Shown here: positions 8,078-15,985 of the stretch, in pieces
Numbering within the stretch: the first letter of the stretch is position 1
Layout of the letters: each line of letters opens with the position of its first letter
NCBI GenBank assembly: GCA_043739185.1
Contig: JAYUEN010000198.1
Span: forward strand, 1-16,156
Direction of reading: 5' to 3'
From: Bdellovibrionales bacterium
Lineage (GTDB): Bacteria > Bdellovibrionota > Bdellovibrionia > Bdellovibrionales > JAMPXM01
DNA length: 16,156 nucleotides
Notes under the pieces: model-generated
Databases searched by the model: none
What the model was told of the DNA's origin: nothing
What the model saw: only the letters and a program-made list of their open reading frames with translations
Program-made: the position numbers and the translations under genes

Positions 8078-8632
8078 TCAAATGCCAGTACGTGGACTCA
8101 AACCCACTTGTTTCTTATTTAAACCAAGTGAATTGTCAAATTCAAGGCCAGTACTATCTACTCCTCGCAAGACGACATTCAATTGATAGTTGCTGCTTCC
8201 ACTGAGCCCGCCAATACCAACAGGAAAATGAAACTTTCCTAATGAACTACAAATTCCGGATGTCATGCTCACGGGCACGACTATATTCCCAGCTAAATCC
8301 TGAATAGAATAATAAATATGACTTCCCGGATAGCCACCCATATTGCAATAACCAGAAACATCTAAGTTTGTTTCAAGGATATTGGCGCCACTTGCTAAAA
8401 AAGAGATCGGATTATTATTTGAGATTTCGATTTGTATATAGTTAAAGGATTGAGGGCACCCACTGGCTATGCATGGGGTAAGTGAAGTAGACACTCCGTT
8501 TGATGAAGAAGATGTTGATGCCTTTTGAGCGGCGTTCATGTCTTGTCCACAGTTTTGAAAACTGAAAATAACCGTCATCATCAAACCAGCTGAGAGTAAC
8601 AATTGCTTTTTGAATTTAATCCTAAATGGCAT
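8078..8632 (-). CDS. Hypothetical lipoprotein (SFQNC lipobox-like), Cys-containing beta-rich domain
   Basis: GAGG RBS upstream on the minus strand. Basic N-region, hydrophobic core, then FSFQNCG, a Ser/Thr linker and four further Cys. Confidence 0.75.
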   Translation of the reverse strand: MPFRIKFKKQLLLSAGLMMTVIFSFQNCGQDMNAAQKASTSSSSNGVSTSLTPCIASGCPQSFNYIQIEISNNNPISFLASGANILETNLDVSGYCNMGGYPGSHIYYSIQDLAGNIVVPVSMTSGICSSLGKFHFPVGIGGLSGSSNYQLNVVLRGVDSTGLEFDNSLGLNKKQVGLSPRTGI

Positions 8633-8680
8633 AAAAAACCTCTTAAGAGTATTTGTCTATTGCCTTGGCCTTCATGTATA

Positions 8681-8708
8681 TTATCGGCATATCTTGAGAC
8701 AAAACTGA
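8681..8708 (-). promoter_or_regulatory. Sigma-28 (FliA)-type promoter for the FQNC lipoprotein
   Basis: Perfect -10 GCCGATAA on the minus strand (ttatcggc at 8681-8688), 48 nt upstream of ATG 8632. The -35 is TCAGTTTT-like. Confidence 0.55.
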
Positions 8709-8756
8709 GTTAAAATCTCAAAATAAGCATTTTTTCAATCTGTCTCAAAATAAGAC
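8686..8756. promoter_or_regulatory. Three phased GTCTCA-N3-TGAGAC-like palindromes in a divergent promoter region
   Basis: ggcatatcttgagac (8686-8700), atctcaaaataagca (8715-8729), gtctcaaaataagac (8742-8756). The 12-mer tctcaaaataag occurs twice, 27 bp apart. Confidence 0.55.
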
Positions 8757-8779
8757 AAAGAGAGAAAGATCGCAGCTTT

Positions 8780-10315
8780 ATGTTCATAAAAAAAGCGTAC
8801 ATCGGGATTTTTTTTGCTAGCTTAATTTTGGGATTTAGCTTGCGCGCTCGATCTGATGATCATTTCAAATTTCATTTGTCTTCAGAGCCAAGAAGTCTTG
8901 ACCCAGCTCAAATTTCTTTGGGTGATAGCGTTGGCTATCTTTTTCAAAATATTTACCAAGGACTTTATGTCTATCATAAAGAGAAATTGATCCCACTTGG
9001 GGCACAAAACTGTCGCTTTCAGAAATTGAAGTTGCTTTGCGAATTGAATCCAAATTTTAAATGGAGTGACGGCAAAGTTGTTGAGGCGAGCGAATATGTG
9101 GCGGCATTTCATCATCTTTTATCCTTTAAATCTAAAAACTCAATTTTACGAATCTTAAAGAATATTAAAAATGCTAGAAAGGTATTTGCAGGCGAACTGC
9201 AAGAGTTTGAACTTGGCGTGAAAGCCTTAAGTGCCCATGAGCTGCAATTTGAATTTGATTTTGAAGATCCCGAATTTCTGTTTAAGCTAACGAGTCCTCT
9301 AACAGCACCTATCCGAAGTTCAGAGTTTCCGGCGACCACTGATGCGCCTAAACTCTTGGTGACTGGCCCATATAAATTTGAAAGTTGGACAAAAAATAAA
9401 AGAATACTTTTGTCTGAAAATCCGAACTATATTTTTTTTAAAAAAAATAAGCCTAAAATTGAGGTGTTCTTTGTCGACGATGACCAAACTGCATTACTAC
9501 TTTACGAATCTCATACTTTAAATTTTCTAAAAACCCTGCCCACGGCATTGGTACCAGAATATAAAAGGCATTCAGACTTTAGGCAAATTCCGATGGCGCG
9601 CTTTGACTATATTGGCTTTTCGCCTGAACTCAGAGCCATTCCCCATTTGACCCAAACTCTGACCCTCGCACTTGATTTTGAACAACTTCGCAAATTGTTT
9701 TCAGCTCTCGGTTTACCGGGATGCTCAAGCCTTCCAGATAATTATATGAGTGAAGTTGTTTGCCAGAAGTATGATCTGAATAAGGCCAAAGCACTTTTTA
9801 AAGAGCTTCCAAAGGCCGTTCGTGAACGACAATTTCATTTGACCTTCAGCAATTATGACCGCGATGACGTTTTGCGAGGAATGCAGTGGATGGCAGAGCA
9901 ATGGAAGCTGCATTTGAACTTGCACATTGATCTTGTTCGTCTTGAAAGCGGAGTATTTAACTCCAAGTTAAAAGATGCTATCCCTGATATTTTTAGAAAG
10001 TCAGTACTTATGGATCGGCCTACTTGCTTAGCCGCAATAGAGAATTTTGGCGAGCAAGGATCGGAGAGCTTTTTGAAATTAAGTTCACCGCAAATCGAGA
10101 GTCTCATCGCTAAACTAGGCGGTAGTTCGAGCGAGCCAATCAAGAAAAAACTTTGTAGTGATGCGCTTCGTGAACTCTTTGACCCTTTCAAGATAATTGG
10201 CTTAGGTAAAATTCACTTTACGATGTTGGTTTCTCCCCAATTTACTGGCTGGGAAATCAATGAGCTCAATGGACTAGACCTCAGTCAGCTCGAATTCAAT
10301 CCGGCCTTAAAATAA
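8780..10315 (+). CDS. ABC transporter peptide-binding protein (OppA-like, SBP family 5)
   Basis: Signal peptide, EPRSLDP, IYQGLY, KWSDGKVV, LGVKA, TGPYKF, NPNY. Confidence 0.88.
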   Translation: MFIKKAYIGIFFASLILGFSLRARSDDHFKFHLSSEPRSLDPAQISLGDSVGYLFQNIYQGLYVYHKEKLIPLGAQNCRFQKLKLLCELNPNFKWSDGKVVEASEYVAAFHHLLSFKSKNSILRILKNIKNARKVFAGELQEFELGVKALSAHELQFEFDFEDPEFLFKLTSPLTAPIRSSEFPATTDAPKLLVTGPYKFESWTKNKRILLSENPNYIFFKKNKPKIEVFFVDDDQTALLLYESHTLNFLKTLPTALVPEYKRHSDFRQIPMARFDYIGFSPELRAIPHLTQTLTLALDFEQLRKLFSALGLPGCSSLPDNYMSEVVCQKYDLNKAKALFKELPKAVRERQFHLTFSNYDRDDVLRGMQWMAEQWKLHLNLHIDLVRLESGVFNSKLKDAIPDIFRKSVLMDRPTCLAAIENFGEQGSESFLKLSSPQIESLIAKLGGSSSEPIKKKLCSDALRELFDPFKIIGLGKIHFTMLVSPQFTGWEINELNGLDLSQLEFNPALK

Positions 10316-10402
10316 AGGCTATTATTCTGGTCGTTCATCCCCTTTGGCTCTCTTTAGGTTTATTTCAATAATCACGATAAGTTTCGAGAGGTCACGACAA
10401 TA

Positions 10403-12046
10403 ATGAGCTCCAAAAATTCGAAAAAATCAAAAAAGCTCAAAGCCAAGCAATTGAGCCAGGAAAATAAGTATCGATCTCTGGTCGATATTGGGGTCGCACT
10501 ATCCGGCGAAAAAGAACTAGAAAAAATATTAGAGCTGATTTTGACAAAATCCATGGAGACCACCTCTGCCGACAGCGCCAGTATTTATCTTTCTGAAAGC
10601 ATTAAAATTGAAAGTACCGGCGGAAAAAGATTTTATCCCGTGCTCCGATTTCATCGTACCTCGAATCGCGTGAGCGGAGTAAAAGTTCAAAACAAGGTAC
10701 TTGATATTGACAATAGCATCGCGGGATATGTGGCTTCAAACTGTCAAACCTTGAGAATCGAAGACTGTTATAATTTGCCGCCGCACTCTGAATTTAGTTT
10801 TAATCCAGAATACGATGTGGCTGTTGGCTATAAAACGAAATCAATGCTGGCGCTGCCTATGGTATCAAATACCGGCAAAGTAAGAGGCGTATTGCAAATT
10901 ATAAACAAAATGAACGACGATAGCTTTCAAAAAAAATCCTTTCATGTAAACGATGTTGTTTCATTTACTGATGAAGATCTTGAACTCATGAAAGCCTTCG
11001 CTTCGCAGGCAAGTGTTGCCCTCGAAAATGCAAAGCTCACCGATGATATTGAAAACTTATTAGAGAGCTTCATTCGTGCCTCGGTCACGGCAATTGAGGC
11101 TCGGGACCCATCTACAAGCGGACATAGTGACCGGGTCGCCGTCCTAACCGTCGAATTGGCAAGAGCGACACATCGATGTGATATTGGAATCTACAAATCA
11201 TTTAATATGACGGATTCTCAAATTCGAGAAATTCGCTATGCAGCACTTCTGCATGATTTTGGTAAAATTGGTGTGAGAGAAAGTGTTTTGGGGAAGGAAA
11301 AGAAGCTTTTCCCTTATGAGCTCGAATCCATAATGCTCAGAATAGATAATGCTAATTTAAAACATGAGCTCTATCAGTGGCGTGACACAGCTTTAGAAAT
11401 TGGAGAATTATTAAAAGATGGTCATAAGCAGGACCCAGCTTTTCTAATAGGAAAGGTGACTCAAAAATCAGAAGCTTTTAAAAAGAAACTACAGGCCATC
11501 AGACTCAAAATAATTGATGCCAATCAACCCCAAATCATGCATGGCGATGTTGACATTGGTGAACTGATCTCAGGCATCAGTCAAATCTCTAAAGAAGTTG
11601 AAATGAATCTTTTGACTTCACACGAGCTCTTGAAATTATCTCTCTCAAAAGGCAGTTTGTCTGAAGATGAAAGAAATGAAATCAATTCACATGTAAGTCA
11701 TACCTTTAGCTTTTTAAGACAAATTCATTGGACTGAGGATTTACGGGATGTCCCCGACATCGCCCACGCTCATCACGAAAAATGCGATGGCAGCGGCTAT
11801 CCGCGTGGCTTGACGTTTGAGCATATTCCGGTTCAGAGTAGAATGATGGCAATTACAGATATTTTTGATGCACTCACTTCAATGGATCGCCCTTACAAAA
11901 AAGCGGTAACACCTGAGCGCGCACTCGATATCCTCAATCATGAGGCGCGAGCCGGAAAATTAGATTCGGAACTAATCAAAATCTTCATAGAGGCAGGCAT
12001 CTTTCAATCCACTTTGGGCATGGTACGAACCCGCAAAGCCGCATGA
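10403..12046 (+). CDS. GAF domain / HD-GYP cyclic-dinucleotide phosphodiesterase
   Basis: GAF with SIAGYVA, FNPEYD, TKSML, QIINK and FTDEDLE (NKFDE-type). HD-GYP with EARDPSTSGHSDRV, LHDFGKIG, HHEKCDGSGYP and DIFDALT..RPYK. GAGAGG RBS upstream. Confidence 0.92.
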   Translation: MSSKNSKKSKKLKAKQLSQENKYRSLVDIGVALSGEKELEKILELILTKSMETTSADSASIYLSESIKIESTGGKRFYPVLRFHRTSNRVSGVKVQNKVLDIDNSIAGYVASNCQTLRIEDCYNLPPHSEFSFNPEYDVAVGYKTKSMLALPMVSNTGKVRGVLQIINKMNDDSFQKKSFHVNDVVSFTDEDLELMKAFASQASVALENAKLTDDIENLLESFIRASVTAIEARDPSTSGHSDRVAVLTVELARATHRCDIGIYKSFNMTDSQIREIRYAALLHDFGKIGVRESVLGKEKKLFPYELESIMLRIDNANLKHELYQWRDTALEIGELLKDGHKQDPAFLIGKVTQKSEAFKKKLQAIRLKIIDANQPQIMHGDVDIGELISGISQISKEVEMNLLTSHELLKLSLSKGSLSEDERNEINSHVSHTFSFLRQIHWTEDLRDVPDIAHAHHEKCDGSGYPRGLTFEHIPVQSRMMAITDIFDALTSMDRPYKKAVTPERALDILNHEARAGKLDSELIKIFIEAGIFQSTLGMVRTRKAA

Positions 12047-12489
12047 AAAAGCAAATTGAATGCGCCCATCAAAATATCCGAATGAGCCGACGTGTGTTTT
12101 TTTCAAGTGCACATTTCTATAAACAAAAAACTTGGTCGGAGGCCAAAAATCTTGAAGTTTTTGGCAAATGTTTTTCTAAATATGGCCATGGTCACAATTA
12201 TATACTAGAGGCCTTTTTTGAAGGTCCGATCAATAAGCAAACCGGACTACTAGCAAATCTCATTGATGTTGATCCGATCTTAAGAGACCTCACTGATGAG
12301 TTAGACCATCAACATCTCAATTTTAATCATCCATATTTTAAAGATTTAGTTCCGACAACTGAAAATATCGCAAGCTATCTTTGGCAGGAATTGCATATGA
12401 AGTTGAAAAACTCAAAACTAAAGACCCTGGGTTTATATAAACTTCGTCTTTATGAAGACCCTGATCTTTGGGTCGAGATTAGGGTTTAA
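12043..12489 (+). CDS. 6-pyruvoyl-/6-carboxy-tetrahydropterin synthase family protein (PTPS/QueD), copy 1
   Basis: FSSAH, CFSKYGHGHNY, LDHQHLN, PTTENIA, LYE. ATG 12043 overlaps the HD-GYP stop; alternative ATG at 12082. Confidence 0.9.
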   Translation: MKKQIECAHQNIRMSRRVFFSSAHFYKQKTWSEAKNLEVFGKCFSKYGHGHNYILEAFFEGPINKQTGLLANLIDVDPILRDLTDELDHQHLNFNHPYFKDLVPTTENIASYLWQELHMKLKNSKLKTLGLYKLRLYEDPDLWVEIRV

Positions 12490-12491
12490 TA

Positions 12492-12896
12492 ATGTCTAAG
12501 ATTAGGTTTACTGAGCAGCTCACCTTGTCTGCTCTACACAATTTAGAAAATCCCAATTTGAGTGATGCTGAAAATCAGCGTCTCTATGGAATTTGTTATC
12601 GTAAGCACGGCCATGATTATCATATTCAAGTACAGCTTGAGGCAAATATAGATGCAAGAACAGGAATCGCGGTGGATCGCTTGCTTTTGAGAAAGATACT
12701 CAATGATAAACTATTTAAAAAATTCAATGGCACTTTCTTGAACGATCATTTTGATTGTACTTCGGGTGAGGCCTTGAGCCACTATTTTTATCAGCTGCTT
12801 CAAGAGCCAATTGAAACGGGCCTCAGAGGGGCCCGCTTAGTCAGCATTCACATACAAGAGACACGAAAGAATTGGTTTTCTTACTCAAATTTGTAG
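12492..12896 (+). CDS. PTPS/QueD family protein, copy 2 (divergent)
   Basis: LSALH, CYRKHGHDY, TSGEAL, IQET. Starts 2 nt after the stop of copy 1. Confidence 0.8.
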   Translation: MSKIRFTEQLTLSALHNLENPNLSDAENQRLYGICYRKHGHDYHIQVQLEANIDARTGIAVDRLLLRKILNDKLFKKFNGTFLNDHFDCTSGEALSHYFYQLLQEPIETGLRGARLVSIHIQETRKNWFSYSNL

Positions 12897-13591
12897 ATAG
12901 TATGCGCATCTAAATCACTAAACTTACCATCTTTGTCTTTTTTAGCTTGAGTGCGACCCTTCATTTCAACCATGCGGCTACCATCTGGTAAAAAGCTGAA
13001 ATAAAGCGGATCTACTATTGCTGAAATGACCAAGCTTGAAGCTTTCATTTTTACAATGAATTTATCATCGGTACTTGATTTATCTTTAAACAAACTAAAT
13101 CCTACTGTCTCTCTTCGATCGGGCACTGCCAAACGAACAGATAAGGTTTCTCCTGCTTTTAATTTGTCCCAGTGCTTCTGCATATAAGGAACTAGACTTG
13201 GGCCAATAACCAAATTATCGACGTATTTTTCTTCAGAAGTCTTTGCTTCACGATCTTTCTTTTTGTAAGTGAAGAAAACCTTATTGTCCTTCACTTCAAT
13301 TGAACCTTCTTCGACTAATTGTTTCTGATTCACGCGATAAGAAATGACTTCAGTTCCTTTTAAAACCACATCTTCAGTAAAGGCTTCTTTCCCGTCTGGA
13401 TAGGCATAAACATTGTGAAATTGAAGCTTTTCATCCGTTAAGGTTTCGTCATGCTTTACCTTGTAAAGCGGGCTATCCTTTTGAACATCGGCCTCGAGAT
13501 CAAATACTTGTGCGCTAAAATTGTTCGCCCATAAACTCTGAGTGGCCAGTAGGCTTGCGATCATCAGAAAAGTTTTACAAAATTTATTCAC
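12881..13591 (-). CDS. Hypothetical secreted beta-rich protein
   Basis: AGGAG RBS upstream of GTG 13591, Sec-type signal peptide (…SLWA|N), 236-aa open frame. Confidence 0.75.
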   Translation of the reverse strand: MNKFCKTFLMIASLLATQSLWANNFSAQVFDLEADVQKDSPLYKVKHDETLTDEKLQFHNVYAYPDGKEAFTEDVVLKGTEVISYRVNQKQLVEEGSIEVKDNKVFFTYKKKDREAKTSEEKYVDNLVIGPSLVPYMQKHWDKLKAGETLSVRLAVPDRRETVGFSLFKDKSSTDDKFIVKMKASSLVISAIVDPLYFSFLPDGSRMVEMKGRTQAKKDKDGKFSDLDAHTIYKFE

Positions 13592-13641
13592 GGTTTTTCT
13601 CCTTTTTAAAAAAAACTAGTAAGCTGAATAACCTCTCTATA

Positions 13642-13649
13642 TAATCGGC
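13642..13649 (-). promoter_or_regulatory. Possible sigma-28 -10 element for the secreted protein gene
   Basis: GCCGATTA on the minus strand (7/8 match to GCCGATAA), 50 nt upstream of GTG 13591. The -35 is weak. Confidence 0.35.
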
Positions 13650-13677
13650 GCACAGAATATAAAGCAAGGGCGTAGCT

Positions 13678-14430
13678 ATGAGCGACGAAAAATTTCAGGC
13701 TCAGGACTTAGTAAGACTCTCAAAGGTCATGAGTCAGCGTGGTTTATGCTCGCGGCGAGAAGCTGATGAGCTTATTGCCCGTGGATTTGTCATAGTAGAT
13801 GGCAAAGTCGCCGACCAACTAGGTGTTCGTGTCGATCCAAACTGCGAAATTGAGCTGCTTCATCAGGCTCAAAAGCAAATAAGTGACTCCGTGACGATAT
13901 TATTAAATAAACCCATTGGGTATGTCTCAGGGCAGCCAGAAGACAACTATGAGCCGGCAGTACGATTAATTACAGATGAAAATCAAGACAAATTACCTAA
14001 GGATAAGCTTCTCGAACGCACGCATTTTGAAGGGCTTGCTCCTGCTGGTCGACTCGATATTGATAGCCAGGGTTTACTCATATTCACCCAAAATGGAGTG
14101 ATTGCCAAAAAACTCATTGGCGAAAATTCAGAAATTGAAAAAGAATACCTGGTACGCGTAAGAGGCTTCTTAAGTGATCAAGACTTAAAGCTTCTCAATT
14201 TTGGACTTGAATTAGATGGCAAAAAGTTAAAGCCAGCACAAGTCAGTTGGTTAAACGATGATCAACTCAAATTCATTTTGCGCGAAGGCAAAAAACGCCA
14301 AGTCAGGCGAATGTGTGAAATGTTAGGCCTTCAGGTTTTGGGATTAAAGCGCGTGCGCATTGGTCGCATCATGCTCGGCCATCTTCCCGAAGGAAAATGG
14401 CGATTTCTCAGGCCAGGAGAAGAGTTTTAA
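13678..14430 (+). CDS. RsuA-family rRNA pseudouridine synthase with S4 domain (RluF/RluB-like)
   Basis: S4 domain ([20 protein letters not shown]), LLNKPIGYV, catalytic [22 protein letters not shown]. Confidence 0.92.
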   Translation: MSDEKFQAQDLVRLSKVMSQRGLCSRREADELIARGFVIVDGKVADQLGVRVDPNCEIELLHQAQKQISDSVTILLNKPIGYVSGQPEDNYEPAVRLITDENQDKLPKDKLLERTHFEGLAPAGRLDIDSQGLLIFTQNGVIAKKLIGENSEIEKEYLVRVRGFLSDQDLKLLNFGLELDGKKLKPAQVSWLNDDQLKFILREGKKRQVRRMCEMLGLQVLGLKRVRIGRIMLGHLPEGKWRFLRPGEEF

Positions 14431-15179
14431 GTTGATTCTGTTTGAAGTATCTTCAATTCGGACTCAGAAAACCCGGCCAATCGCCTCAATTTCGAACTGA
14501 TTTTCTCTTTACGAGGTGCTTTTTTTGAAAGCACTCTGAAGAGCCTAAAAAACTCTAATTCTGGGTCGAGGCCCTCTAAATCACAAAATTTGCGAAACCA
14601 CCGAGAGCCAAAATCGACGTGATTTATCTCATCACTGACGATGATTTTTAGCGCTTCATAACAAGTCTTATCAGCTAACCCACTCAATCGTAAAAGGATA
14701 GCCTCCCCTGCATCGAGGCCCGAAGCCTCAAGGTATCGGTGTACAATGAAAACACGCTCAATCAGGCTGTCTTCAGATGAAACACTTTGCCAAAGAGCTA
14801 TATGGACTGGCCAGCTCCCCCACTCAAATCTCAAAGTCTCTAAGGTCTTTAGACATAGCATTAAATGTGAAGCTTCGCTTCTCACCAGAGCTGCGAGCTC
14901 AATTCGAAACTGCTTGGGAGCTTTAGGGAATTCGTAAAGAGTTCGAAGGGCTAGCTCCATAGCTTGAAGCTCTATGCTTGCTAAATCATGTATCAGCCTA
15001 GCTTGCCCCTCAGGACTTGAAATTTTTGGCTTATTTGGAAGCTCGCAAGTCTTCAAAATAGTCACATCTCTGCAAAGCATTTGATCAATTGGCCGGCTTT
15101 CAGATAGTGAAAGGGCCTCTTCAATGGCCCGATTCAATTCGGCCAATTTTTTTGATATTTCAGGTATATAAAAAATCAA
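14427..15179 (-). CDS. DUF455 family ferritin-like domain protein
   Basis: [30 protein letters not shown] and [13 protein letters not shown] give di-metal ExxH-type ligands. TTG start is uncertain. Confidence 0.8.
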   Translation of the reverse strand: MIFYIPEISKKLAELNRAIEEALSLSESRPIDQMLCRDVTILKTCELPNKPKISSPEGQARLIHDLASIELQAMELALRTLYEFPKAPKQFRIELAALVRSEASHLMLCLKTLETLRFEWGSWPVHIALWQSVSSEDSLIERVFIVHRYLEASGLDAGEAILLRLSGLADKTCYEALKIIVSDEINHVDFGSRWFRKFCDLEGLDPELEFFRLFRVLSKKAPRKEKISSKLRRLAGFSESELKILQTEST

Positions 15180-15186
15180 AACAATC

Positions 15187-15234
15187 CAATTCTTTTGCTA
15201 CGCAAAGGCTCAATTCTTTTGCTCTGCAAAAGCT
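15187..15234. repeat. Tandem 24-bp direct repeat, each unit with an internal palindrome
   Basis: caattcttttgctacgcaaaggct / caattcttttgctctgcaaaagct (21/24 identical). Core CTTTTGC-N3-GCAAAAG. Confidence 0.8.
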
Positions 15235-15271
15235 CTCGACAAAGAATAGCAATTCAAGCTAGGATTTTCAA

Positions 15272-15985
15272 ATGGGAAAAGGCTGGAAATCCGCAGGCAT
15301 TTCTGCGAACGCACAAAAAAAAGGCGCTGTTTTTACAAAATTAGCGCGTGAAATACAAGTTGCTGCTAAATTAGGTGGACCCGATCCTGAAGCCAATTCG
15401 CGTTTAAAAATTGCCATTGAGGCAGCTAAAGAGAAATCCTGCCCGAAAGACACGATTGAGCGCGCCATTAAAAAAGGCGCGGGATTACTCGACGAAGGTA
15501 ATGTCATCGAAGAAGCTTTGTATGAGGGCTTTAGTCCCCATAAAGCTGGGATCTTAGTTGAGTGTCAGAGCGATAATAAGCATCGTACGGCAGCAGATAT
15601 TCGCAATATTTTTAATAAAAATGGCGGACATATGGGCGAGCCTGGCAGCGTCGGCTGGATGTTTGATCGCGTCTCATTAGTTGAAGGAACCTATTTAAAA
15701 GGTCGCCCTGAAGACCCCGAAGTTGAAGCCATTGAAGCGGGAGCTAATGAAGTAGAAGACAACGGAAACGGCAGTTTTAGTTTTACCGGCGCGCCCGAAG
15801 ATCTTAAGAGTATTCAAGAAGCTTTATCTAATCGTGGCTGGAAAATAACCACGGCCGAACTTTCTTATAAAGCAAAAAATACCACCGAGCTTAGCGAGGA
15901 TCAAAAGAAGGAAGTCTTAGAGTTCATTCATCTTCTAGATGAAAATGATGATACTCATCGCATTCATGCCTCTATTGAATTTTAG
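15272..15985 (+). CDS. yebC: YebC/PmpR family protein
   Basis: KG.VFTKLAREIQVAAKLGGPDPEANSRL, IERAIKKG, YEGF, DNKHRT, GSVGWMF. Confidence 0.93.
   Translation: MGKGWKSAGISANAQKKGAVFTKLAREIQVAAKLGGPDPEANSRLKIAIEAAKEKSCPKDTIERAIKKGAGLLDEGNVIEEALYEGFSPHKAGILVECQSDNKHRTAADIRNIFNKNGGHMGEPGSVGWMFDRVSLVEGTYLKGRPEDPEVEAIEAGANEVEDNGNGSFSFTGAPEDLKSIQEALSNRGWKITTAELSYKAKNTTELSEDQKKEVLEFIHLLDENDDTHRIHASIEF

Noticed and set aside
12043..12896. 7-deazaguanine DNA-modification (dpd) or queuosine island
   Set aside because: No dpdA/tgt, queC, queE or folE in the window, and the flanks are housekeeping-like with no sign of an island.
2111..15507. Remaining short nested ORFs in the track (e.g. 2111..2395, 2464..2682, 4032..4331, 5151..5705, 6631..6825, 7698..7925, 8865..10191, 10372..10563, 14746..14937, 15268..15507)
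   Set aside because: All lie within or antisense to longer, motif-supported genes and have no independent coding evidence.
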